Shown piece after piece: positions 17,285 to 25,098 of a stretch of 25,098 nucleotides of DNA. Source of the DNA: Verrucomicrobiota bacterium (GTDB taxonomy: Bacteria; Verrucomicrobiota; Verrucomicrobiia; Limisphaerales; CANJSG01); contig JBBQXJ010000071.1 of NCBI GenBank assembly GCA_038209745.1, positions 1-25,098 on the forward strand, given 5' to 3'. The translations under genes were made by a program, and so were the position numbers. The number at the start of each line of letters is the position of its first letter. Positions within the stretch are counted from its first letter, which is position 1. A model generated the notes under the pieces. It was not told where the DNA came from. It searched no databases and worked only from the letters and a program-made list of their open reading frames with translations.

Positions 17285-19672
17285 ATGAAAAAAACAGGAG
17301 CTCTCCTCGCGCTGACGGCCGCCGCCGGGATCGCCGCCGGCATCTGGACGGATCGCGCCATCCTCCGCCTGCCGCCATTCGGCCGAATCCACTCGAAGAC
17401 CGGCAGCAACGCGGTGGAGTCGGCCTCAGTCGAGCGGGCCCAAGGACCGAAGGACCCGGCCGAAGTGGCGCCGAAAAAGGATGCCCGAGTGGCGCTGGAG
17501 GGGTTGATCGGTGCGGCCTCACGTCATCGCGCCGACCGCTTCGGTGACCTCCAACGCATCGTGTCCGACCTGACCGCCGCCGAACTGCCGGCGCTGCTCG
17601 CCTGGGCCGACACGATCCGCCATCGGCAAGACCGGCAGACGTTGTTGAACTTGTTGCTGCTTCGTTGGGGCAATCTGGCACCGACAGACGCGTTGGCCTG
17701 GGCCGGAGCCAGCGCTCGATCCGCCGGAGATCGGCGCAACGGGCAGGCCACGGTGCTCCGCGGTTGGGCGAGCACGGACGTGGCCGCCGCCCGGCATTGG
17801 GTCGAAGCGCTGGAGGACACCCAACAGAGAAAAGAATGGATGTCGCAGATCATCGTCCCGGCGATGGCGGCGGCGGATCCGGCCGCGGCGCTGCGACTGG
17901 AAGTCTCGCTCGATACCGGACCCGGCCGACCGAACTCCAGCGCGATGTATTCCATTTTCAGCCGCTGGGCGGAACTGGATCCGAACGCGGCCGCAGCCGA
18001 GGTGCTGAAGCTGAAGGACGCCGCACAGCGGGAACAAGCGGTCGGAGCCCTGGTCGGAAGCTGGGCGGCGAACGACGCTCCCGCCGCATGGGCCTGGGCG
18101 AATGCACTGGCCTCCGGCAATGCCCGAAGCTCGGCCCTTCAGCAGATCGCGAACACGGACCCGGTGGCGGCGGCCTCCCTCGCCCTGGCCATGCCTCCAG
18201 GCTCCACCCGCAACATGCTCATCCAGAGTGTGGCCGGCTCGTGGGCCGGCAACGATCTCCCGGCGGCTCTGGCCTGGGCGAAGCAATTGCCCGAAGGCAC
18301 GGCCAAGCAGGGCGCGCTGCAATCCCTTTCCTATCAGTGGGCCCTGGAAGATCCCCGTGCCGTGGCGGCGTTCGTCCGGGACATGCCCCCGAGCCAGCAA
18401 CGCGGCAACATGGTCTCCAGCCTTGCGTCACAATGGGCGCAGAACGATCCCCAAGCCGCTCTGGCCTGGGCGGAGCAACTCACCGGCGCGGGCGGCAAGA
18501 ACCAGGCGATGCAGTCCGTCCTGTCCTCCTGGGCGAACTCCGATCCGAAGGCCGCCGCCGCCCACATGGAATTGATGCCTGCCGGTTCCCTGCGGAACAA
18601 CCTGCTGCAAAACCTGGCGTATTCCTGGGCCCGCACCGACCCCAAGGCCGCCGCCACTTTCATGGAAAGCCTGCCGCCCGGTGGCATCCGGAGCCAAGTC
18701 TATGGCGCCGTCGCCGGCTCGTGGGCGGAGAACGATCCCGCCGGGGCGATGGAATGGGTGAAGGGGTTGCCACCGGGGCAGATCCAACGCGATGCGGCCC
18801 AGAACATGATCTATCGCATCGCGGCCGACGACCCGAAGGCGGCCGCAGAATTCATTGCGACCCTGTCACCGGGTTCGACCACGCCCTTGTATGCCTCCGT
18901 CGCCCAGCAATGGGCTCAATCCGATCTTCCGGCAGCGGTCCAATGGGCCGATCAATTGCCCGAGGGAAAGGGCCGTCAACAGGCTTTGGAAAGCCTGTCC
19001 CAGCAATGGGCCCAGACCGATCCCAAGGGATTGGCCGACTTCGCCCTCGGCCAAACGACCAAATCCGTCCGCGAAAGCCTGTTGAACAACGTGGCCAACA
19101 GCTGGGCGCAAAACGATCCGACGTCGGCGGTCGACTGGGCCCGAGCGCTGCCCGAGGAGGAGCGGAACCACGCGTATCAATCCATCGCGTCCTCGTGGGC
19201 GCAGAGTTCCCCGCAGGATGCCGCCCAGTTTGTGGCCTCCCTGCCGCCGGGAGACGCGCAGACCGGCGCCGCGCAAAACGTGCTGTCGTCGTGGTCCGGG
19301 AACGATCCCGCCGGCGCGGCCCAATGGGCGGCCGGCTTTCCCGAAGGCTCCCAGCGCGACAGCGCCCTGGAGGTCGTGAGCCGGAACTGGGCGAACAACG
19401 ATCCCTTCGGCGCGGCCGACTGGCTGGCCACGCTTTCGCCGGGTTCGGCCCGCGAGGCGGCGGTCGGGGCCTACGTGGACGGTGTGTCCTACCAGTATCC
19501 GGAAGCCGCCGTGCAGTGGGCCCAGACCCTGGCCAACGACCCGGACCAACGTCGTCTGGAAAACGCCGCCAGCCGCTGGATGCAGGAGGATCCGGCCCGG
19601 GCCTCGGAGTGGGTGACCACGTCCACCCTGCCGGAGGACAACAAGAAGCGCCTGCTGGACAGGGCGCACTGA
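17285..19672 (+). CDS. Exported or membrane-anchored Trp-rich helical tandem-repeat protein (~21 x ~32 aa), function unknown
   Basis: N-terminal MKK plus a hydrophobic stretch. Recurring unit WAxxDPxAAxxW/FxxxLPxGxxRxxAxxxV/Lxxx, e.g. WAGNDLPAALAWAKQLPEGTAKQGALQSLSYQ. AAGGA lies upstream of the ATG. Confidence 0.88.
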   Translation: MKKTGALLALTAAAGIAAGIWTDRAILRLPPFGRIHSKTGSNAVESASVERAQGPKDPAEVAPKKDARVALEGLIGAASRHRADRFGDLQRIVSDLTAAELPALLAWADTIRHRQDRQTLLNLLLLRWGNLAPTDALAWAGASARSAGDRRNGQATVLRGWASTDVAAARHWVEALEDTQQRKEWMSQIIVPAMAAADPAAALRLEVSLDTGPGRPNSSAMYSIFSRWAELDPNAAAAEVLKLKDAAQREQAVGALVGSWAANDAPAAWAWANALASGNARSSALQQIANTDPVAAASLALAMPPGSTRNMLIQSVAGSWAGNDLPAALAWAKQLPEGTAKQGALQSLSYQWALEDPRAVAAFVRDMPPSQQRGNMVSSLASQWAQNDPQAALAWAEQLTGAGGKNQAMQSVLSSWANSDPKAAAAHMELMPAGSLRNNLLQNLAYSWARTDPKAAATFMESLPPGGIRSQVYGAVAGSWAENDPAGAMEWVKGLPPGQIQRDAAQNMIYRIAADDPKAAAEFIATLSPGSTTPLYASVAQQWAQSDLPAAVQWADQLPEGKGRQQALESLSQQWAQTDPKGLADFALGQTTKSVRESLLNNVANSWAQNDPTSAVDWARALPEEERNHAYQSIASSWAQSSPQDAAQFVASLPPGDAQTGAAQNVLSSWSGNDPAGAAQWAAGFPEGSQRDSALEVVSRNWANNDPFGAADWLATLSPGSAREAAVGAYVDGVSYQYPEAAVQWAQTLANDPDQRRLENAASRWMQEDPARASEWVTTSTLPEDNKKRLLDRAH

Positions 19673-19753
19673 TCGACTGGGGACAACCTGTTAACATCTT
19701 GGTCGGAACCCGTGCTGGCGGAAGCCTCGGGAATGCCGTTTCCTCTCCGGTCC

Positions 19754-21244
19754 ATGATCGACGGAACCGACACAGGCGGCGCGCCGGGTGAAAAGCCCGA
19801 TTTCCGGCGCAAACGCCGCAGCTCAAAGCCAGCGGGCAATGTCTCGCTCGGAGACCGGTTGCCGCCGCACGCGCTCGAAGCCGAGCAGGCGGTTCTCGGT
19901 TGTGCCCTCCTCGCCCCGCAGGAGTGCCTCGGCGAGTGCGTCGAAAAGTTGAAGTCCAGCCAGCAGGCGTTCTACGACCTCCGTCACCAGGTGCTCTACG
20001 AGACCCTGGTGGAGATGTATGACAAGAAGGACCACATCGATCTCATCACCGTCCAACAGCGGCTGAAGGACCAGGGGCAGCTCGAATCGGTCGGAGGGCG
20101 CGGCTACCTGACGGAATTGCCGGACAAGGTCGCCTCCCCGGCGATGGTCGGCACCTACTTGGCCGTGGTGTGGGACAAATACATCCTGCGCCGGACGATC
20201 CAAGTGTGTTCCAACGTCGTGGCGCGCGCCTTCGAGCACACGGACTCGGTGGACTCACTGATCGACGAAGTGGAGAAGGACATTCTCCAGATCAGCCAGG
20301 AACGGGTGAACACGACCTCCCCCGGCATGAGGGAACTGGTCAACAAGGCGGTGGAGAAGATCCAGTTCTACTACACCCACGCGGGTCAGACGACCGGGGT
20401 CCCGACCGGCTTCCTGGACTTCGACCGGATGACCAACGGCCTCCAACCCGGCGACATGATCGTGATCGCGGCCCGTCCATCGATGGGCAAGACGTCCTTC
20501 GCCATGAACATCGTGGAGCACGTGGCGGTGGAGCAGAAGATCCCGGTGGGCGTGTTCAGCCTGGAGATGACGGCCGAATCGCTCGTCATGCGCATGCTCT
20601 CCTCCTGCTCGCGGGTGAACATGCGGAACATCCAGGACGGCTTCCTGGCCGAGACGGACTTCGCGAAGCTGACCAGCTGGGCCGGCCGGTTGGCGGCGGC
20701 GCCGATGTATATCGACGACACCAGCGGCCTCTCGATCCTCCAGATGCGCGCCAAGGCGCGGCGAATGTGGCAGCAGCACCACGTGCGGCTGATAGTCATT
20801 GACTACCTGCAATTGCTCCATTCAACGTCCCGCCGAGCCGAGAACCGCCAGCAGGAAATCGCGGACATTTCCAGCGGCATCAAGTCGTTGGCGAAGGAAC
20901 TACGGATCCCGATCATCGTTCTCGGCCAGTTGAACCGCGAGTTCGAGAAGGACAAGGACCGGAAGCCCAAGCTGTCGGACTTGCGCGAATCCGGCGCCAT
21001 TGAACAGGATGCGGATATCGTGGGTCTGCTCTACAAGGCCGATCCGGAAAACCCGGGCCGGGCCAAGAGCCGCGACGATGACGGTGATGGCGGAGTCGAG
21101 AGCGACGTGCTTCCGGTCAACCTGCTCATCGCCAAGCAGCGCAACGGTCCCACCGGGGACGTGCGAATGACGTTTTTGAAGAAATTTACCCGGTTTGAGA
21201 ATGCGGCCAAGATCAGCGCGGAAGACCTCCCCCAGGGCGGCTAA
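19754..21244 (+). CDS. dnaB: Replicative DNA helicase
   Basis: LPPHALEAEQAVLG, Walker A AARPSMGKT, FSLEM, IDYLQL, QLNR, PKLSDLRESGAIEQDAD, IAKQRNGPTG. No intein. Start ATG 19754. Confidence 0.98.
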   Translation: MIDGTDTGGAPGEKPDFRRKRRSSKPAGNVSLGDRLPPHALEAEQAVLGCALLAPQECLGECVEKLKSSQQAFYDLRHQVLYETLVEMYDKKDHIDLITVQQRLKDQGQLESVGGRGYLTELPDKVASPAMVGTYLAVVWDKYILRRTIQVCSNVVARAFEHTDSVDSLIDEVEKDILQISQERVNTTSPGMRELVNKAVEKIQFYYTHAGQTTGVPTGFLDFDRMTNGLQPGDMIVIAARPSMGKTSFAMNIVEHVAVEQKIPVGVFSLEMTAESLVMRMLSSCSRVNMRNIQDGFLAETDFAKLTSWAGRLAAAPMYIDDTSGLSILQMRAKARRMWQQHHVRLIVIDYLQLLHSTSRRAENRQQEIADISSGIKSLAKELRIPIIVLGQLNREFEKDKDRKPKLSDLRESGAIEQDADIVGLLYKADPENPGRAKSRDDDGDGGVESDVLPVNLLIAKQRNGPTGDVRMTFLKKFTRFENAAKISAEDLPQGG

Positions 21245-21245
21245 G

Positions 21246-23621
21246 ATGAAACGCAACCAACGCCCATTCAAATGGGCGGCGTTGATGCTCGCGCTGGCCG
21301 CGATGCACGCGTCCGCCCAGTCCGACCTCCCCGAGATCAAGATTTCGAAGATCGAGATCACCTACGTCGGGCCTTCCACCGTGAGCGACGCCGTCGTCCG
21401 CTCCAACATCCGGCTCAAGGAAGGCGACATCTACCGCCCCGCGTCGGTGGACGACGACATCCGCGCGCTCTATGGGACCGGTTTCTTCTACAATGTCCGT
21501 GTCGGCACCGAGGATCTCGGAGGCCACGCCGTCAAGCTGACCTACGTCGTCCAGGGCAACCCCACGCTCACCTCGATCAAATTTGTCGGGAACACCAAGT
21601 TCTCCGAAAAGAAGATCATCAAGAAGGCCAAGGTCGCCTCCAAGGTCGGAGAGCCGCTCAGCGAGCGGAAGCTCTTCACCGACGCGCAGGAGATCCAGAA
21701 GATCTACCAGAAGGCGGGCTACCAGAAGACCACCGTCAAGGCCGTTCCCAGCATCGACCAGAACTCGGGCCGGGCCAGCGTCACCTTCGAGATCTCAGAA
21801 GCTCCGAAGATCCGCGTCACCGAGGTCGTCTTCGACGGGGCCCATGCGTTCGAGCAAAGCAAGCTGCGCAAAACCCTCAAGACCCGGCGTTGGTGGATGT
21901 GGTCCTGGCTCACCGGCAGCGGCGTGCTGAAGGACGAGCAGTTCGAGGACGACAAGGACAAGCTCACCGAGTTCTACCAGGCCGCCGGATACATCGACTT
22001 CCAGATCAAGGACGTCCGCTTCGACTATCCAAAGGCGAACCGGATGGTCATCCACTTCGTCATCGACGAAGGCCGGCAATACAAGGTCGGGAAGGTCAGC
22101 TACGAGGGAAACAAGCTCTTCAAAGGCGAGGAGTTCGCCAAATTGTCCTACCGGGACGACCGCACCAAGCGGCACCAGATGGCCGAAGGTTCGACCTTCA
22201 CGCCCGACGCCCTGAACAAGACCAAGGGCGCCATCGAGGACTACTACGGCACCCGAGGCTACATCGACACCCAGATCGTCGCGGTCAAAAGCGCCAACAC
22301 CACAACCGGCACGATCGACATCAAGTTCCTCATCGACGAACGCGACAAGGTCTTCATCGAAAAGATCGAGATCAAGGGCAACGTCAAGACCCGCGACCGC
22401 GTCGTCCGCCGCGAGTTGGCGGTGCATCCGGGCGAGATCTACGACATGGTCCGGGTCAAGGCCAGCAAGGCGCGTCTCGAGGGCCTGCAATACTTCGAGG
22501 AGCGCGGCGTCGAAACCACCTCGCAGAAAACCGACGTGCCGAACCGCCGCGATCTCGTCATCAGCCTGCAGGAAAAGAGCACCGGCAATTTCACCGTCGG
22601 CGCGGGCTTCAGCTCGGTGGACAGCATCGTCGGCTTCGCCGAAGTGTCCCAGGGCAACTTCGACCTGTTCAACCCGCCCACCTTCACCGGTGGCGGCCAA
22701 AAGGCCCGCCTGCGCGCCTCCGTCGGCACCCAGCGCCAAGATTACCAGCTCAGCTTCATCGAGCCGTGGTTCCTCGACCGGCGTCTCTCGCTTGGCGTCG
22801 ATCTCTACCACCGCGACCTGCGCTACCTCTCGGACATCTATGACGAGACCCAGACGGGCGGCAGCGTCAGCCTGACCAAGCAGCTCTATGCCGACAGCCG
22901 CGGCGGCGTCTACGTCGGCAGCGTGGGCTACACGCTGGAGAGCATCGACATCAAGCTCCACGATTTCGCGGCATCCTCTCCGCAGATGCAGGCGGAAAAC
23001 GGACGCCGCCTCGTTTCCAAGATGACCACGTCCTTGGCCTACGACACCCGGGGCGGCGGCCTGTTGCCCGATCGCGGCCAGCGGACCGAGCTGTCGGGCG
23101 AACTGGGCGGCGGCCCCTTCGGCGGAGATGTGAACTTCTACAAGCTGGAGCTGAAGACTGCCTGGTATTTCCGGGGCTTCGGCGAAGGCCAAGTGCTCGA
23201 AGTCGTCGGCCGCATCGGAGTCACCGACCAATATTCCGACACGACGCTGGTGCCGATCTTCGAACGCTACTTCCTCGGCGGCCTCTATTCGTTGCGCGGC
23301 TTCAAATACCGGGACATCGGACCGAAGGACGTGAACGGCGAGCCGCTCGGCGGCAACAGCTACTACTTCGGTTCGCTCGAATACAGCATCCCGATCATCG
23401 ACCGTCTGCGCTTCGCCATGTTCTACGACATCGGCAACGTCTACCAGAAGGCCTACGACTTCGACTTCGGCAAGTGGAACGACAACGTCGGCGTCGGCAT
23501 CCGCATCAATCTCCCCATCGGCCCGTTGCGGCTGGACTACGGATTCCCGATCAACCACGACTCCGCGCCGGGCGGCTCCGGACGGTTCAATTTCGGAGTC
23601 GGCTACACCCGCGAATTCTGA
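21246..23621 (+). CDS. bamA: Outer membrane protein assembly factor BamA
   Basis: Signal peptide from ATG 21246, POTRA repeats (DIRALYGTGFF, YQAAGY, GNVKTRDRVVRRE), barrel motifs EKSTG, GGGQK, FIEPW, LRGF, PIGPLRLDYG and C-terminal Phe. Confidence 0.97.
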   Translation: MKRNQRPFKWAALMLALAAMHASAQSDLPEIKISKIEITYVGPSTVSDAVVRSNIRLKEGDIYRPASVDDDIRALYGTGFFYNVRVGTEDLGGHAVKLTYVVQGNPTLTSIKFVGNTKFSEKKIIKKAKVASKVGEPLSERKLFTDAQEIQKIYQKAGYQKTTVKAVPSIDQNSGRASVTFEISEAPKIRVTEVVFDGAHAFEQSKLRKTLKTRRWWMWSWLTGSGVLKDEQFEDDKDKLTEFYQAAGYIDFQIKDVRFDYPKANRMVIHFVIDEGRQYKVGKVSYEGNKLFKGEEFAKLSYRDDRTKRHQMAEGSTFTPDALNKTKGAIEDYYGTRGYIDTQIVAVKSANTTTGTIDIKFLIDERDKVFIEKIEIKGNVKTRDRVVRRELAVHPGEIYDMVRVKASKARLEGLQYFEERGVETTSQKTDVPNRRDLVISLQEKSTGNFTVGAGFSSVDSIVGFAEVSQGNFDLFNPPTFTGGGQKARLRASVGTQRQDYQLSFIEPWFLDRRLSLGVDLYHRDLRYLSDIYDETQTGGSVSLTKQLYADSRGGVYVGSVGYTLESIDIKLHDFAASSPQMQAENGRRLVSKMTTSLAYDTRGGGLLPDRGQRTELSGELGGGPFGGDVNFYKLELKTAWYFRGFGEGQVLEVVGRIGVTDQYSDTTLVPIFERYFLGGLYSLRGFKYRDIGPKDVNGEPLGGNSYYFGSLEYSIPIIDRLRFAMFYDIGNVYQKAYDFDFGKWNDNVGVGIRINLPIGPLRLDYGFPINHDSAPGGSGRFNFGVGYTREF

Positions 23622-23634
23622 CAAAGACACCCCC

Positions 23635-24300
23635 ATGAAATCGTCATCGCTCAAGACCTCCCTCGTCGCTGCGGCGGCCCTCGTCTTCTTGGCTCCCGCC
23701 TCGTTCGCGCAGGCTCCCGCCACGAACGCCCCCGTCGTCCAAAAAATCGCCACCATCGATCTTCGCCGGACCTTCGACGGCTATTACAAGACCAAGGCGG
23801 CCGATGCCGGCCTCAAAGCGGAAGCTTCCGAGATCGACGCCCAGCGCAAGACGATGGTGGACAATCTCCGCAAGGACGAGGACGCCTTCAAGGTGCTCAA
23901 CGAGAAAGCCAACGACCAGGCCGTCTCCTCCGATGAGCGCGACAAGGCCAAGAAGCTGGCCGAACGGAAATTCGCCGAATTGAAGGACAACGAGAACGCG
24001 ATCAAGCAGTTCCTCGGCAACAGCCAGGAGAAGCTCAAGGAGAAGCAGCGCCGCCTTCGCGAGAAGATCCTTGGTGAGATCCAGGACCTGGTCAACGCGA
24101 AGGCCAAAGCCGGCGGCTACTCCCTCGTTCTCGACTCCGCTTCCGAGTCCGTCAACAGCACCAAGGTCGTCGTCTTCACCACCGGGGAAAACGATCTCAC
24201 CGAGGGGATCCTCTCCCAGTTGAACGCCTCGGCCCCGGCCGACTTCAAGCCCGACGCACCCGAAGCGGTCGGCACGAAACCCTTGGTGCCCGGCCAATAA
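23635..24300 (+). CDS. skp: OmpH/Skp periplasmic chaperone
   Basis: Signal peptide, KIATIDL, long coiled-coil, GYSLVLD and DLTEGIL. Lies directly after bamA. Confidence 0.92.
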   Translation: MKSSSLKTSLVAAAALVFLAPASFAQAPATNAPVVQKIATIDLRRTFDGYYKTKAADAGLKAEASEIDAQRKTMVDNLRKDEDAFKVLNEKANDQAVSSDERDKAKKLAERKFAELKDNENAIKQFLGNSQEKLKEKQRRLREKILGEIQDLVNAKAKAGGYSLVLDSASESVNSTKVVVFTTGENDLTEGILSQLNASAPADFKPDAPEAVGTKPLVPGQ

Positions 24301-24316
24301 CCTTCGTTAAGACGTG

Positions 24317-24357
24317 AAAAGGCGGTGGATCCTACGATCCACCGCCTTTTTGCTTTT
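24317..24357. terminator. Bidirectional rho-independent terminator
   Basis: AAAAGGCGGTGGATC-ctac-GATCCACCGCCTTTT, a perfect 15-bp stem including the A/T tracts, followed by TGCTTTT, between the convergent skp and NIPSNAP genes. Confidence 0.9.
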
Positions 24358-24418
24358 ACCGATACGACGGGCAGCACCCGTCACGCGTAGGCGACGAGCC
24401 GACCGGAGCGCGGACCCA

Positions 24419-25096
24419 TCAGATCTGGGAAGCTGGGAGGCGCTTCAGGAAGACGCTGATGACCCTGGAGACGTTGTCCTTGTATTGAGGATCGTTCTTC
24501 AGCCGGGTCCACACCGCGTCGTCGAAGAAGCCCTTCCACGCCACCTTGTGCGCTTCCCGGTCTCCGCTGGAAACCATGTAGACGAGATTGGGCATGTCTT
24601 CGCCGAGGATCGTCTGGCCGAAGAACACGGGACCGAGGTTCACCTTCTTCATCAACGGAATCTCGCCGTCGTTGAACATCGCCACCTTGTTGATCGCCTT
24701 GGCCTCGCTGTGGCTCCAATAGGTGCGCAGCTCGAAGACCCTGGGATGATCGGCGGACGGCGCCACCGGGACTTCGAGGTGGTTCATCGCGTCGAAGGCC
24801 ACGCTGACCGAGCTCTGGATCCGGACATAGGCCGGGTCTGATTTCGGGGCGTCGAGGTAGCCCGCCCCGGCCTTCTGGTATTCGGCGTCGGCCGCCAGCT
24901 TGGCGGGCACGGCCGCCATCGATTCCAAGGAATCGTGCGCGATCAGCACGTAGACATGGTTCGTCGCCGAGGCCTCCTCTTCCGTGAAGACGCCCACTGG
25001 ACCGGCACCCAGCCGTCGATAGGCCGGCACTGCGGCATCGTGCCAGAAGGCGTCGATCCGCTGCTGCTGCGCCTCGGATTTGGTGGTGTAGACGCG
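24419..25096 (-). CDS. NIPSNAP family protein (two-domain), 5' end outside the window
   Basis: Frame is open to the window edge (RVYTTKSEAQQQRIDAFWHDAAVPAYRRLG). Second domain FELRTYWS...AWKGFFDDAVW...LKRLPASQI is a typical NIPSNAP pattern. Confidence 0.85.
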   Translation of the reverse strand, partial: RVYTTKSEAQQQRIDAFWHDAAVPAYRRLGAGPVGVFTEEEASATNHVYVLIAHDSLESMAAVPAKLAADAEYQKAGAGYLDAPKSDPAYVRIQSSVSVAFDAMNHLEVPVAPSADHPRVFELRTYWSHSEAKAINKVAMFNDGEIPLMKKVNLGPVFFGQTILGEDMPNLVYMVSSGDREAHKVAWKGFFDDAVWTRLKNDPQYKDNVSRVISVFLKRLPASQI

Positions 25097-25098
25097 CA

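Noticed and set aside
17665..19791. 708-aa ORF on + in an alternative frame
   Set aside because: Arg/Gly/Pro-rich off-frame reading of the repeat-protein gene.
19754..21244. Intein in DnaB
   Set aside because: Length is normal and helicase motifs are contiguous. Only a short acidic loop is present.
21795..23756. 653-aa ORF on - (and 523-aa off-frame ORF 21272-22843)
   Set aside because: Shadows of bamA with no recognisable domain.

Overview
A GC-rich bacterial chromosomal window. Gene content (PVC-type heme-binding CxxCH protein, hopanoid genes, standalone CoaC, Trp-rich solenoid protein) suggests Verrucomicrobiota; this is inference. Gene order: partial Hsp70 (HscA-like), a small hypothetical and mnmE on +; then on - leuS, the PVC-type CxxCH protein and a tightly packed run yicC-gmk-coaC-histidine kinase-sigma54 response regulator-membrane hypothetical-hpnD-hpnK-EamA/SMR-like transporter; then on + a 795-aa 32-residue-repeat protein, dnaB, bamA and skp, a bidirectional terminator and a partial NIPSNAP gene on -. 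No transposase, tRNA, rRNA or CRISPR array was seen. The most unusual signal is at DNA level. Three classes of short repeat recur: GTAG/GGAG-headed REP-like hairpins, inverted pairs of 9-10-nt tandem units, and heptamer arrays. They fill most of the larger intergenic gaps. REP-like hairpins and heptamer arrays also sit in frame inside genes (three sites in leuS, one in hpnK), where they create new peptide segments.
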